A stretch of DNA of 64,000 nt from a virus. The stretch lies in IMG/VR virus record IMGVR_UViG_3300027708_001637; one strand, written 5' to 3'. Within the stretch, counting starts at the first letter, position 1; every line of letters begins with the position of its first letter. The notes beneath the pieces were generated by a model that saw nothing but the letters and a program-made list of their open reading frames with translations, was not told where the DNA came from and ran no database searches. Positions 26,556 to 36,232 of this stretch are shown here, piece by piece. The position numbers were made by a program, and so were the translations under genes.

Positions 26556-27548
26556 TTATCTTTCCATAGCGGCTCTACGGTCATTTCTCATACGCTCTTT
26601 CTTATCGTGTAATGCTTGCAAATGCTTTTTAGCAGATTCGTCACCTGTACCGGCTCGTTTCTTTAAATCATCTTCGTGTGATTTTTCTAAACTACGACGA
26701 TGTTCTGCATCAACACTGTTAGGGTTATATGCTTCGCTGGCATTTTCATCTACACCTAAGTAATCAGCTAGGTTTTGTCCAATGTACTCGCTAGCATCTG
26801 CATCATAGTTTATAATATCACCATTGTTGAAATGATAATCCCATAGTGCTGATTCTAAGTCATAATCTAATTCGCCACCATCTTTAAAGTCTTGGACCTG
26901 TTGAGGAAAACGACGTAATACATCCTCATACGAAGATTCGTTAAGTGTACTCTCAGAAATAAACTGTTTGTACTGGGCCATCAACTGTTGCTCCATTGTC
27001 ATGTCTGCTTTCTTTTCTTCCTCGTGTTTTGATGGATCACCGTGAGGATTGTTCTTTGTAGCACGACCGTGGGCACTTCCACTATTTGGACGATATGCAT
27101 ATTGATTGGTGTCAACTGCTGGTGGCTTTGTAGGATCGTTTGGTGTAGTGTCTACGCCAGGAATGCCATATTCGTCGGCACTTTCATCAGTTTCTGCTTC
27201 ATCTCCCATATCGTGCATTTTATCTAATACACTACGCATACTATCACGTTCTGCATCAGCGCCCATTGTAGGCTCAGCAGTCATTGTTGCTACTGGAGGT
27301 TCAGCACCCAAATGCTCTGGCTCAACTTTATGAACACCTGCCAATTGCATAAGTGCGGCCAACATACTACCTAGTTCTTCGCCACTGCCTGCTGTAACGC
27401 TTAGACTAGCAGGAGTACTTGGAGCGGTAGACATACCATCCATCATTCCCATTGGTCCGCATTCTGCTACTTCAGTTGACTCTTTAATAACATTAGGGTT
27501 TTTAGCATCTAGCTCAGCTAGTCGTTTTAGTACATTGATCATTTGCAT
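26556..27548 (-). CDS. acidic hypothetical protein, probably head-internal
   Basis: 330 aa low-complexity protein with IKES, FISES, LNES motifs. Confidence 0.6.
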   Translation of the reverse strand: MQMINVLKRLAELDAKNPNVIKESTEVAECGPMGMMDGMSTAPSTPASLSVTAGSGEELGSMLAALMQLAGVHKVEPEHLGAEPPVATMTAEPTMGADAERDSMRSVLDKMHDMGDEAETDESADEYGIPGVDTTPNDPTKPPAVDTNQYAYRPNSGSAHGRATKNNPHGDPSKHEEEKKADMTMEQQLMAQYKQFISESTLNESSYEDVLRRFPQQVQDFKDGGELDYDLESALWDYHFNNGDIINYDADASEYIGQNLADYLGVDENASEAYNPNSVDAEHRRSLEKSHEDDLKKRAGTGDESAKKHLQALHDKKERMRNDRRAAMER

Positions 27549-27549
27549 A

Positions 27550-28149
27550 TTATTTTTTCCTTGGATCAGTAGCCTGAGCTAACATAATTTTAGTATCAGC
27601 AGGAGTGTCTGTGTTAAATTTAGCAACTCCTTCTGTTGGAATCTCTTCACCTCGAGCTTTGCGCTGTAGTTTTAAGATGTCATTTAATTCTTTTACGAAC
27701 CCACTGTTATACTTGTCGCCATAGTAATCTTCAAATTGTGGACTACCGGCTTCTTTATAATCTGGATCATCAAGTAGTGCACCTTCTCGCTTTTCTACTG
27801 GAGTTTGATATTGTTCGCTAGGTTCGCCAGGGCGGACAACTACTAATTTTTCTCGACTAACGCCAAGTCCTGAGGACAAATATTCTGTTAATTCTTGCTG
27901 TGTAGTTGGATAATCTACAGTAACTTCAAAAATATGAACTTCGCAGTTTCGTACCTGAGGAAAATCAAGTGGCAAACTTTGAATTGGTGTAATACCAACT
28001 TTTTTGAATGCATCCACTTGGAATCGTTCCATCATGGTCTTTAATTTGCCTTCTTGTTCAGTGGTGAAGTCTCCAGCCACTTTAACACGGAATTGATGCT
28101 TCTTTGTGGAAACGCCTTCGGATAGATAGTCTTTGAAGTTCTTAGTCAT
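27550..28149 (-). CDS. hypothetical virion protein with capsid-targeting-like N-terminus
   Basis: MTKNFKDYLSE resembles T4 CTS MKTYQEFIAE; late-type promoter. Confidence 0.6.
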   Translation of the reverse strand: MTKNFKDYLSEGVSTKKHQFRVKVAGDFTTEQEGKLKTMMERFQVDAFKKVGITPIQSLPLDFPQVRNCEVHIFEVTVDYPTTQQELTEYLSSGLGVSREKLVVVRPGEPSEQYQTPVEKREGALLDDPDYKEAGSPQFEDYYGDKYNSGFVKELNDILKLQRKARGEEIPTEGVAKFNTDTPADTKIMLAQATDPRKK

Positions 28150-28155
28150 AGTGTT

Positions 28156-28644
28156 TTATTTATTCAGATTCTTGAGTTTTTCCAGAATGCTATTACGATC
28201 TGTTAGTATATAGCCCTGTCCTTCAATAGGATCATCACCGCCACCTTTGTCGCCATTCTTACGGTCAATGGCCAACTTTTTAAGTTGCAAATCAACCATC
28301 TTTAATTTCTTATCAATCTTGTTTGTCTTGGCCTGTATTGCAGCATTCATCATCTGTGCCGCTACTTCAAACATCTTAGTACCATAACGGGCGTCTACAT
28401 TCATACCTAGATCCATTAAATCATCATATGCTTGTTCTGCTTTGTTGGCCAACGCATCTAGTTCGGCATCGCTAATATCGCCTAGACCTTTTACTCTAGG
28501 CAAGGCTGCGGAAATTTTATCAAATTCTTCTAATTTATCCTGTAGATCAATCAAAGGAGTTGGTGTAATTTCCTCTGGTTGTGGCATCATAGGAGGCTCA
28601 TTGTTTTCAGGTAAGTTGAAAAGTTCTTCAAGTTTTTTGGTCAT
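28156..28644 (-). CDS. probable terminase small subunit (gp16-like)
   Basis: helical 162 aa with MFEVAAQMM reminiscent of gp16 core; near terL. Confidence 0.5.
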   Translation of the reverse strand: MTKKLEELFNLPENNEPPMMPQPEEITPTPLIDLQDKLEEFDKISAALPRVKGLGDISDAELDALANKAEQAYDDLMDLGMNVDARYGTKMFEVAAQMMNAAIQAKTNKIDKKLKMVDLQLKKLAIDRKNGDKGGGDDPIEGQGYILTDRNSILEKLKNLNK

Positions 28645-28648
28645 ACTA

Positions 28649-29098
28649 TTACTTATTTCTTTTCTTACCAGTATTGGAAAAAATATCGTGTTCGTTAATC
28701 ACACGAAACTTAATTCCTTGATTCCTGCACCAAGCACCTGCTGCTTCCCATTTGGCCATATTTTTAATATACTGTGCTTGATTATAGGGATTCTTACCCA
28801 CTTGCTCAATCATCATTTGATTTGCAGGTTTAATCTCAATCATTTCAATGTGTTTTCTATTGTTCTTATCTATGTAAGTAACTAAAAAATCAGGAACATA
28901 AACAGTTTGTTTGCCGGTCAACGGATCACGATAGGGGATTTTAAGAGGTTCACTAGCCCAAGACTCTACTGCTGGATTGTTGTCGCAAAACATACAAAAT
29001 GTAGTTTCCCAACTGCTACGGCAAAAAGGAATCTTTGACCCTACATATTTTTCAGGGTTTTTTAGTGTGTATGGCCCTTGGGCAAATTTCATACTCAT
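28649..29098 (-). CDS. head completion nuclease (T4 gp4-like, TnsA-type)
   Basis: RSSWE, WASE..IPY, YVPDF, EIKP, KWEAA. Confidence 0.88.
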   Translation of the reverse strand: MSMKFAQGPYTLKNPEKYVGSKIPFCRSSWETTFCMFCDNNPAVESWASEPLKIPYRDPLTGKQTVYVPDFLVTYIDKNNRKHIEMIEIKPANQMMIEQVGKNPYNQAQYIKNMAKWEAAGAWCRNQGIKFRVINEHDIFSNTGKKRNK

Positions 29099-29478
29099 GC
29101 TAGGATGTTTCGTTGAACTTCGTGATAAGGTTTGATTGCAGAGGAATATCCCAGAAAACTACTTTTAAATCTATTGTAATTTAATATCTGTGTGGCCAGT
29201 TCACTTATTTCTAACCCATCTAAACCAGTTAGGCCATCTAGTACTGTCATTGGGTTGTATCCATCAGTTTGCGCCTGTGTTATAATAATTGCAGCAATAG
29301 CATTTGAAGTTGTGATATCAAACCCACGACTTTCAAAAAATCCTGTCATAGCATTTAATGTTCCTGCATCAAATTCAGTAGGTGCAGTATAATAACTGTT
29401 GAATGATTGTACTGTACCATTACTAGTGTATATACTGGGTGTAGGAGTGGTTGGTAAATTACTGTAGGTGGTTTTCAT
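29095..29478 (-). CDS. hypothetical virion protein
   Basis: 127 aa in structural operon. Confidence 0.6.
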   Translation of the reverse strand: MKTTYSNLPTTPTPSIYTSNGTVQSFNSYYTAPTEFDAGTLNAMTGFFESRGFDITTSNAIAAIIITQAQTDGYNPMTVLDGLTGLDGLEISELATQILNYNRFKSSFLGYSSAIKPYHEVQRNILA

Positions 29479-30551
29479 ATGTTACCGTTTTTAAATGTTC
29501 TATTTTGTTCTGGCAGAGGTTCAGTGGTAACACTGGCGGCGGCAGCAAAAACCGCATCACTAAGTGCATTAGTTAGTACATTCTTTGGATTAAAACCATA
29601 TACTTGCCAAGCCAATCTTGGATTTTCCAATAACTGTCTTGCAACACCCACAGCCCGTAATGTAGAACCTATTGCTAATAGTGATTTTGATAATTCACCA
29701 GTACTTGGTGGTTTAACTACATCCAACGGTGGTCTAAAATCAGTCTCTTCTAAAATAGATCCAGAGCGTGCACCCAAGTTTGGTGCCCCGTAAATCAATG
29801 TACTGGGAGTGTTGTCGCGATACTCGTTGGCAAGTCCAGTTAAATTTGTTAATGCTACGTTGGTTCCAATTGTGCCCTCTTGATAAAATACGTCTTCGTA
29901 CATTAGGGACATACTATTTTTTAAAAATTTGCTGCCGTTTTCCTGATCCAATGAATCATGTTCCCACGATGTTATTAGGGGATTGATCAAAGACATTTTG
30001 GTATAGTTGTTCTGATGCAATACAAAAATATCAATACTTGTAAAAAAAGATTTCTGTTTTGCATTTTGATAACCATATTGATAATCTATTGTACCAAATT
30101 TAGTATCACTCAATTCTTTGGCAGTTTCATTTTTCTTAGGAGAATAATTAGGATCGGTATAATAATATTTGAAATAGTTTTTCCAAAGCCCAGTTGTGTT
30201 TGATGCCATATCATCGTGGAATTCAAGTTTTACAGGTTCATAATTAAGTTTGGTTTGTATATTTGTTTTTCTATTATATTGGTTGATAGTTTCAGTGGCA
30301 ATTTTAAATTTGGGCAATTGAACGTTCTTTGCCAGTAATCCTGCTGCTAAGTTATCCCAACCATCTAGTTTTGCTTCTTTATTAATATTGAAATACACAT
30401 AATATAAAAATGCTGATTTAGGAGTAAGAGCTGAGTTATTTGAACTATATAACTTAGATGCGTGATTAGAACTACGCAACCACGGGCGACCGTATTCACC
30501 TGTAGTATAGGGACCGGCGGCTTCTTGACTGATGTTACTATTATTGGGCAT
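29475..30551 (-). CDS. tail tube-fold baseplate/tube initiator protein (gp48/gp54-like)
   Basis: VQLPKF...QYNRK...YEPVKLEFHDD tube-fold motifs; follows tube gene. Confidence 0.65.
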   Translation of the reverse strand: MPNNSNISQEAAGPYTTGEYGRPWLRSSNHASKLYSSNNSALTPKSAFLYYVYFNINKEAKLDGWDNLAAGLLAKNVQLPKFKIATETINQYNRKTNIQTKLNYEPVKLEFHDDMASNTTGLWKNYFKYYYTDPNYSPKKNETAKELSDTKFGTIDYQYGYQNAKQKSFFTSIDIFVLHQNNYTKMSLINPLITSWEHDSLDQENGSKFLKNSMSLMYEDVFYQEGTIGTNVALTNLTGLANEYRDNTPSTLIYGAPNLGARSGSILEETDFRPPLDVVKPPSTGELSKSLLAIGSTLRAVGVARQLLENPRLAWQVYGFNPKNVLTNALSDAVFAAAASVTTEPLPEQNRTFKNGNI

Positions 30552-30568
30552 AGTTATATTTATGTCAT

Positions 30569-30597
30569 AAAAAAACCCCAGATTTTAGCCTGGGGTT
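30569..30597 (-). terminator. intrinsic terminator after tail tube gene
   Basis: AACCCCAG-N-CTGGGGTT plus T tract on - strand. Confidence 0.8.
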
Positions 30598-30613
30598 ATG
30601 TATCAAATATTAA

Positions 30614-31228
30614 TTAAAGTGCGTTAATACTTACTGTACGTAATGGTGCGCCACCTGTTAATAGGCCACCTGCTGCATTGGTTTGCAATGCGTTATCGTA
30701 ACAGATTTCCATTTCAACTTCTAATGGATCTGCCTTGGAATAATCAACTGCGCTATATTGCACAGACTTTAACCAGCAGCCATCGAGTTCAAAGGATTCC
30801 AACGTGACCACTTGAGCACCGTTGCCGCCGTCTAAGATTTCAATAACCATAGAGAATTTGTAATCTTGTCCACTAGCACCGCTGGATTGATTGTAAAAGT
30901 CAAACTGTTTCTGAACTTGTTGTCCAACTACTGTTGATACAGCGTTAGTTACATCATCACGAACTTTTAACTTAAGGTTGTTCCATTTGTATTTTCCCTG
31001 TACCTTAACAACACTGTTATAACTGTGTAATTCAACTTCAGTAAAATCCGCTTTGGGACGATCAACACTCATAACTTGTTTGGTAATTTCAGTTGGGTTG
31101 CCGCCTGAAATAGCACCAAAGTTAAACAAGGTAACGCGAAAGCGATACCCTAACTTTGGCATCAACATACCTTGATTATTTGAACCGGATAACGGAACTG
31201 AAAAATTTGATAAACTTGCGATTGGCAT
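30614..31228 (-). CDS. tail tube protein (gp19-like)
   Basis: 204 aa after sheath; YRFRV, GKYKWNNL.L.VRDD, YDNA. Confidence 0.85.
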   Translation of the reverse strand: MPIASLSNFSVPLSGSNNQGMLMPKLGYRFRVTLFNFGAISGGNPTEITKQVMSVDRPKADFTEVELHSYNSVVKVQGKYKWNNLKLKVRDDVTNAVSTVVGQQVQKQFDFYNQSSGASGQDYKFSMVIEILDGGNGAQVVTLESFELDGCWLKSVQYSAVDYSKADPLEVEMEICYDNALQTNAAGGLLTGGAPLRTVSINAL

Positions 31229-31254
31229 TTATATGCTCCTTATTCTTTTACTTT

Positions 31255-34200
31255 TTACTGTCCACTACTGGTAGTGCTGTTACCACTTAATTGTGATCCA
31301 TAGTTACCAGAAGCAATAGCACCAGTATTCAACAATCTTAATGGAATGTAGATAAACTCAACACTCTTAACTGGCTCAATGGCAACGTCTACCCAAAGCT
31401 CATTGCGATCAATTCTAGTAGGTGTATTGTTAGTTTGATCACATACTACAACAAAGTCGTATAGTGCACGTTGGCTAACTAATCCAGATAATAATGATTC
31501 AATTGATGTTTTAATGCTCTTACGAGTTTGATTGTCGTTAGGTTCAAACAAGTATGGTTTAGCTAACACACCTAGTTGTCTACGTAGATAAGTTACTAAT
31601 CTAACTACGTTAACACGATCTAATGAACTTGCACCAGCAGCACGAGTATATTGTCCCATTACAGTTAAGCCAGCACTTGGTAATGTAGCAATTGGGTTAA
31701 CTTCAACAGCAGCCAACACATTGCGTAGACTTTCGTGCAACGACACAGTTTTAAATTTGCCTGTAGTGCTGTCAACATAACCTACTGAACTTGCATTATT
31801 TACAATACCCCTGCGTGTTCCTGCTGGAGCAAACCAAGGATAACTCACATTGTCGCTGCTAATAATTGTATTCAACATCATATGGCTTGGTGGAACAACA
31901 ATGCTATTACCCTTGTTGTCATTTGTATGACCACTTGGATAGTAAACTGCTGTGTAAGCATCGTAACTTACTAGACCATCATCACCGTTGTCAGTTGCTA
32001 GAGCAGTATTCTTACCCCAGTTATTCAACGATGTTGCATCTGCTGGCAAGCGGAATGGTGCATCTCCAACAACCAATGCTAACTGTCCAATATCACTGTT
32101 TAAATTAATCATGTTAGTGATCAATTCGGTGTAACCCGGAGTTGCGATTAAGTTGTAGTTTAAAGTATCTGTATCACGAATTGCTTGGCTTGTAGATACC
32201 AATGCCTTCAACGCTTCAACAACCACAGCACGTTGTGCCATACGACCAAATGCACTACCACTTTCAGTCACCCAACGATCTGCAAAATAGTGTGTAGTAG
32301 ATTCGTTAGAAGCATCACTTGGATAACGTGGGTTTACTGTGCTAAAGTTAGTAGGAATAAAGTTAGAGTAATATCTCTTAACATTGTTACCACTACGACG
32401 AGTATTGAATAAACGTGTTCCTTTTGGATATAACAACGGATCTGGACAATCTGGATCAACAAAGTTACTTGTTAACATTGAACTGATTGGTGTCAACACT
32501 TCCATATTAGTTGTACTTGTGTTGCTCCAACGTGCATCTGCAAAAACCCATCCATTAGGACTGTAATTGTCATTGACGTCTTGCATTACCCACTTTTGTC
32601 CAACAGCATTTGTACTATTGTAAACATAGATATTTTGTCCATACATATCTGGAACACTGGTGTCAACCCAAATATCGCCAGTAACCAATGCTGAGCCTTG
32701 GCTATTAACTGTAGGAGCAGTTGCACTGATTAACGGACCATTTGGATCACTAGCAGTGAATGCGCCTGAATTTCTATAACCAACCCACTTAGTTCCATCA
32801 TTATACATGATGTCAACTGCGGAAATGTTATTGTCAAACCATAGTTTTCCATCTGCTGGAGCAGCACTAGGTGCGTAAGATAAAGCAGTATAAGCCAATG
32901 GGGCCCAATTGCTGACTAAAAATACTGTAGCTGGACTTCCAACGAATGACAAATGATCGCCTGCTGGTGCAGGATATACATTGGCCTTGGTAGCACTAAT
33001 GCCAGCAGCAGTCAAGTATGCGCCGGACTGATCATCAGTAATTTCAAAATCGCCACCCAATGCGTGTGTAATAGTTAGAACGCTAGTTCCGGCATTCCAA
33101 ACAGCGTGTAAATTACCAGCACTAATACTATTATTTAATGCTGTAGTAATTTGGGATCCAATTGGTGTTGCGCTTGCTGCCATGGACAGTGTAGTAACAC
33201 TTGTCCAAGTTCCATTAGCAGCGGTTTGTCTAACAAAAATATTACCACTGCTGCCCAATGTTGTTCCTGCACTTACAGTAAGTGTAGTTGGAGAACTTGC
33301 ATTACGTTTCCATAATTTAAATGATGCGCTGGCCTTACCTAATGCTGTTAGATTATTATAATCATATTCAACAAAAACAGTACCTACTGGAATATTTACA
33401 CCGCCTCCAACAGAATCTAGACTGTTAATAGCAGATTGTGTGCTGCCAAATAATGGAGCATTGACAGTTTTCCAAGCAGCAGTAGCAGCATTAAACTGTT
33501 TTACATCCCAGTTAGCACCTTGACCAGGAACATTAGTTTTGACCCAAACACTTCCAGTTGCAGTGTTTGCTGTAAATGGCGGGTATTGATAGTTGGGGCT
33601 CAAATAAACAGATTTACCTAATGTATCAAATGTATTTGTAACTGTAGTCCAGCTACTTGTAGTTTTATACCATAATTGATTAGTATTTGCACTAGTTAAT
33701 ACCATTGCATAACTACCAATAGAACCAAAACCTGTATTTGGGGTATATGTTATGTTTCCAAAATAGTCAGGGCTGGATACAGTTGCATTAGTAGCAGTGG
33801 TACTATCGTCAATAATGTTTACTGATTTTACAGTAAATGAATTGGTTGTTGTAGACCATTCGTTAACACCAAATGTGCTATCAGATGTGTCAATCCAAAT
33901 ACTGCCGTCAGCAGGTGTACTACTTGGCGGATTAGCAGATCCAGCTAATGCACCTAAGTCAACATCTGCACGAACAACATATGCTTGGCTACTTGCACCC
34001 AATACACTATATGCAGATTGTAAACCGTACTCGCTAAGTTCACTAGCGTTTACTGGATTATTACTACTGTCTGTTTGGAAATACGGTGTGCCAAAAGTGT
34101 CAGTTAGATCACGTTGACTTGTGATGACCCAAACTGTGCCTGCATTGGCTTTAGTGGTTCCTTGAGCAATACCAGTTGCACTGGCATTGGACTTATTTTC

Positions 34201-34308
34201 GGCAGTTGCTACGAAAATTAACGGAACGGTTCCTGGCGCAGCTGGTGTATAGAAACTTTGATCTATAACGGATACGTTTACGCCCGGGGATGATAATGAT
34301 TGTGCCAT
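31255..34308 (-). CDS. contractile tail sheath protein (gp18-like)
   Basis: SPGVNVSVIDQS N-terminus, PWFAPAGTRRG, RVNVVRL, FEPND, EPVKSVEFIYIP. Confidence 0.95.
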   Translation of the reverse strand: MAQSLSSPGVNVSVIDQSFYTPAAPGTVPLIFVATAENKSNASATGIAQGTTKANAGTVWVITSQRDLTDTFGTPYFQTDSSNNPVNASELSEYGLQSAYSVLGASSQAYVVRADVDLGALAGSANPPSSTPADGSIWIDTSDSTFGVNEWSTTTNSFTVKSVNIIDDSTTATNATVSSPDYFGNITYTPNTGFGSIGSYAMVLTSANTNQLWYKTTSSWTTVTNTFDTLGKSVYLSPNYQYPPFTANTATGSVWVKTNVPGQGANWDVKQFNAATAAWKTVNAPLFGSTQSAINSLDSVGGGVNIPVGTVFVEYDYNNLTALGKASASFKLWKRNASSPTTLTVSAGTTLGSSGNIFVRQTAANGTWTSVTTLSMAASATPIGSQITTALNNSISAGNLHAVWNAGTSVLTITHALGGDFEITDDQSGAYLTAAGISATKANVYPAPAGDHLSFVGSPATVFLVSNWAPLAYTALSYAPSAAPADGKLWFDNNISAVDIMYNDGTKWVGYRNSGAFTASDPNGPLISATAPTVNSQGSALVTGDIWVDTSVPDMYGQNIYVYNSTNAVGQKWVMQDVNDNYSPNGWVFADARWSNTSTTNMEVLTPISSMLTSNFVDPDCPDPLLYPKGTRLFNTRRSGNNVKRYYSNFIPTNFSTVNPRYPSDASNESTTHYFADRWVTESGSAFGRMAQRAVVVEALKALVSTSQAIRDTDTLNYNLIATPGYTELITNMINLNSDIGQLALVVGDAPFRLPADATSLNNWGKNTALATDNGDDGLVSYDAYTAVYYPSGHTNDNKGNSIVVPPSHMMLNTIISSDNVSYPWFAPAGTRRGIVNNASSVGYVDSTTGKFKTVSLHESLRNVLAAVEVNPIATLPSAGLTVMGQYTRAAGASSLDRVNVVRLVTYLRRQLGVLAKPYLFEPNDNQTRKSIKTSIESLLSGLVSQRALYDFVVVCDQTNNTPTRIDRNELWVDVAIEPVKSVEFIYIPLRLLNTGAIASGNYGSQLSGNSTTSSGQ

Positions 34309-34340
34309 CTTACAAAACTCCTTAATGGATTACTTTGTTT

Positions 34341-34347
34341 TATTTAG
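34341..34347 (-). promoter_or_regulatory. late-type promoter for sheath/tube
   Basis: CTAAATA upstream of AAGGAG SD and ATG 34308. Confidence 0.6.
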
Positions 34348-34407
34348 CACCAAACTTAAAAAAACTATGGTAAATATCTTGTGGAAAAGGCGCTATAAAG
34401 GGCGGAT

Positions 34408-34743
34408 ATGAGAAAGTTATGTAAGAAATGCAGTGATAAGCCAGTGGCAATCAACTATCATAAAGATGGTAAAACTTTCTACAGGTCTATGTGTGACCAC
34501 TGTGCCAAAGGGAGAAAACAGTCTCGTCCATTGTGGGCGCTGGCCGGATACAGAAAAAAATTACTTTGCGAAAAGTGTAATTATACTTCTCCGCATAGTG
34601 AACAGTTTAATGTGTTTTATATCGACGGTAATTTAACTAACAATAGATACACTAATCTAAAAACTGTATGCGCCAACTGTCAACGCATACTACATAAAGA
34701 GGGCATCAAGTGGCGACAGGGAGATTTAATTCCGGATTTGTGA
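34408..34743 (+). CDS. Zn-finger/HNH-like protein, catalytic His apparently lost
   Basis: four CxxC pairs; VFYIDGN..NN...NLKTVCANCQ. Confidence 0.7.
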   Translation: MRKLCKKCSDKPVAINYHKDGKTFYRSMCDHCAKGRKQSRPLWALAGYRKKLLCEKCNYTSPHSEQFNVFYIDGNLTNNRYTNLKTVCANCQRILHKEGIKWRQGDLIPDL

Positions 34744-35368
34744 CAAGCAGGCCCAACTGTTCAAACAGAGCATCAATGGTGGTGTCATTTGAAACCACAC
34801 TGTCAAATTTGCTGCCAACCCAGGAGTACTCACTTGCGTGTATCTTCATAGTTTCCAATTTCATTTTACTTAGAGACCAAGTAGAGTTGCCATCAGGGCC
34901 GTGATTGAAAGAAATAGCAGCGTCATACCATTCAGGATCTGGACCACGCTTTACACGAATAACTTGTCCACCTGCATTATGTATTGCTTTGATTTCGTTA
35001 GGAAAACGCACATCACTGATCACAATATTATCCCCAGTCTTACGCATTTTGTTTTCTAGACTAGCGATCCAAATATCGTCGTGGAATCCGTGTCTGCATA
35101 CCTCTGTGCCCCAGTATTGTAAAATCCAACGAGGAGTAAGGTTGGGTTTATTTAAACGCTCTGCCCACCAAGGATCTACTTGTTCGCGCCATTCACGGGC
35201 TTCTTTTGTTCGACCTTCTAACAGTGTTCTGTCCCACCCAAACACACAAGCCACTGCATCTTTAAGTGTGTTGGCAAAACTGTCTCGTCTAAATCCGTGA
35301 TAGTTAACAAGGTAGTCTGCGGCTGTATCTTTACCAGCGCCTATTAATCCGACGAAACCAATAATCAT
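34706..35368 (-). CDS. deoxynucleoside monophosphate kinase (T4 gp1-like)
   Basis: GLIGAGKDT, FANTLKD, TPRWILQYWGTE, ISDVRFPNE, HASE. Confidence 0.9.
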   Translation of the reverse strand: MIIGFVGLIGAGKDTAADYLVNYHGFRRDSFANTLKDAVACVFGWDRTLLEGRTKEAREWREQVDPWWAERLNKPNLTPRWILQYWGTEVCRHGFHDDIWIASLENKMRKTGDNIVISDVRFPNEIKAIHNAGGQVIRVKRGPDPEWYDAAISFNHGPDGNSTWSLSKMKLETMKIHASEYSWVGSKFDSVVSNDTTIDALFEQLGLLVTNPELNLPVAT

Positions 35369-35389
35369 AAGTATCTCCAGTGATACATA

Positions 35390-35418
35390 AGTTTATAACA
35401 GTTTTATTACAAGGTCAA
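35390..35418 (-). promoter_or_regulatory. sigma70-type promoter for dNMP kinase
   Basis: TTGACC-17-TAAACT on - strand. Confidence 0.6.
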
Positions 35419-35426
35419 TGATTATT

Positions 35427-36185
35427 TTAGCCAGTTACCCAAGTAAGTGGTTGACTGCCTTCTTTGTAGTTGATTAGATCTAACTCAAGTTGATCCATTT
35501 CTGCTTTGGCTTCTGCCTTAAGTGTGGCACCATTTAACCCTGATCCGCCTTGTGGACTAGAAATAGTAGGAAATTTTTCACGTGCCTGGCCTAGCATCAT
35601 TTTGGCATTGGCTAGTGAATAGTCTTTTAACCACTGGCCAGCATATACATCTTGCAGCAAATTAAAATCTGGGCGATAATTGTACATCCAAACTAGTAAT
35701 TCTTCACTAGTCTGTGCACGTTGTTGTATTGTTAACATTTTGGTAGTGGGATTAAAAGTAAAATTAATGTCACTACCAAACATTTTACCCACTTGCTTTT
35801 GATATGATGCAAATGAATAGTATGTGGCCAAGCCGCCCATATTAGTACTTGCTAACAAATAAGTATTAGAATATGCTAAATTGAACGGTTCAAATAAACT
35901 GCCACCATCTCCTCCGCCACTTCTACTTCCAATGCTACGTCTAAACAACTGTCGTACGCTCATTACTTCTTTGGGCAGTTGATATTCATTAACATCTGTC
36001 GTTAATGTTAAAAAGCCCATACTTTCCTCTACAGCATTACTGCTACGTTGACGGTATTTAGACAATGCTTTATCAATAGCAATAGTATAATCTCGGGGAT
36101 CTAGTTCCACATCAACCATACTTCCGCCTAGGAAAGCATTGATGTATTCTACGATTTGTTCACGGGCTTGTATAGTTTCTTCCAT
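35427..36185 (-). CDS. neck protein (gp13-like)
   Basis: LGGSMVDVELD, WLKDYSLANAK..LGQAREKF, LNGATLKAEA. Confidence 0.85.
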   Translation of the reverse strand: MEETIQAREQIVEYINAFLGGSMVDVELDPRDYTIAIDKALSKYRQRSSNAVEESMGFLTLTTDVNEYQLPKEVMSVRQLFRRSIGSRSGGGDGGSLFEPFNLAYSNTYLLASTNMGGLATYYSFASYQKQVGKMFGSDINFTFNPTTKMLTIQQRAQTSEELLVWMYNYRPDFNLLQDVYAGQWLKDYSLANAKMMLGQAREKFPTISSPQGGSGLNGATLKAEAKAEMDQLELDLINYKEGSQPLTWVTG

Positions 36186-36190
36186 ACAAA

Positions 36191-36227
36191 TATTTAGCCA
36201 ATTACTACAACCACAGTGGGCTAAATA
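36191..36227. promoter_or_regulatory. divergent pair of late-type promoters
   Basis: CTAAATA on - (36191-36197) and + (36221-36227), each 5 nt from an ATG. Confidence 0.7.
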
Positions 36228-36232
36228 TACGT

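Noticed and set aside
34408-34743. Active homing endonuclease as a mobile element
   Set aside because: The catalytic His positions are substituted and there is no intron or insertion context.
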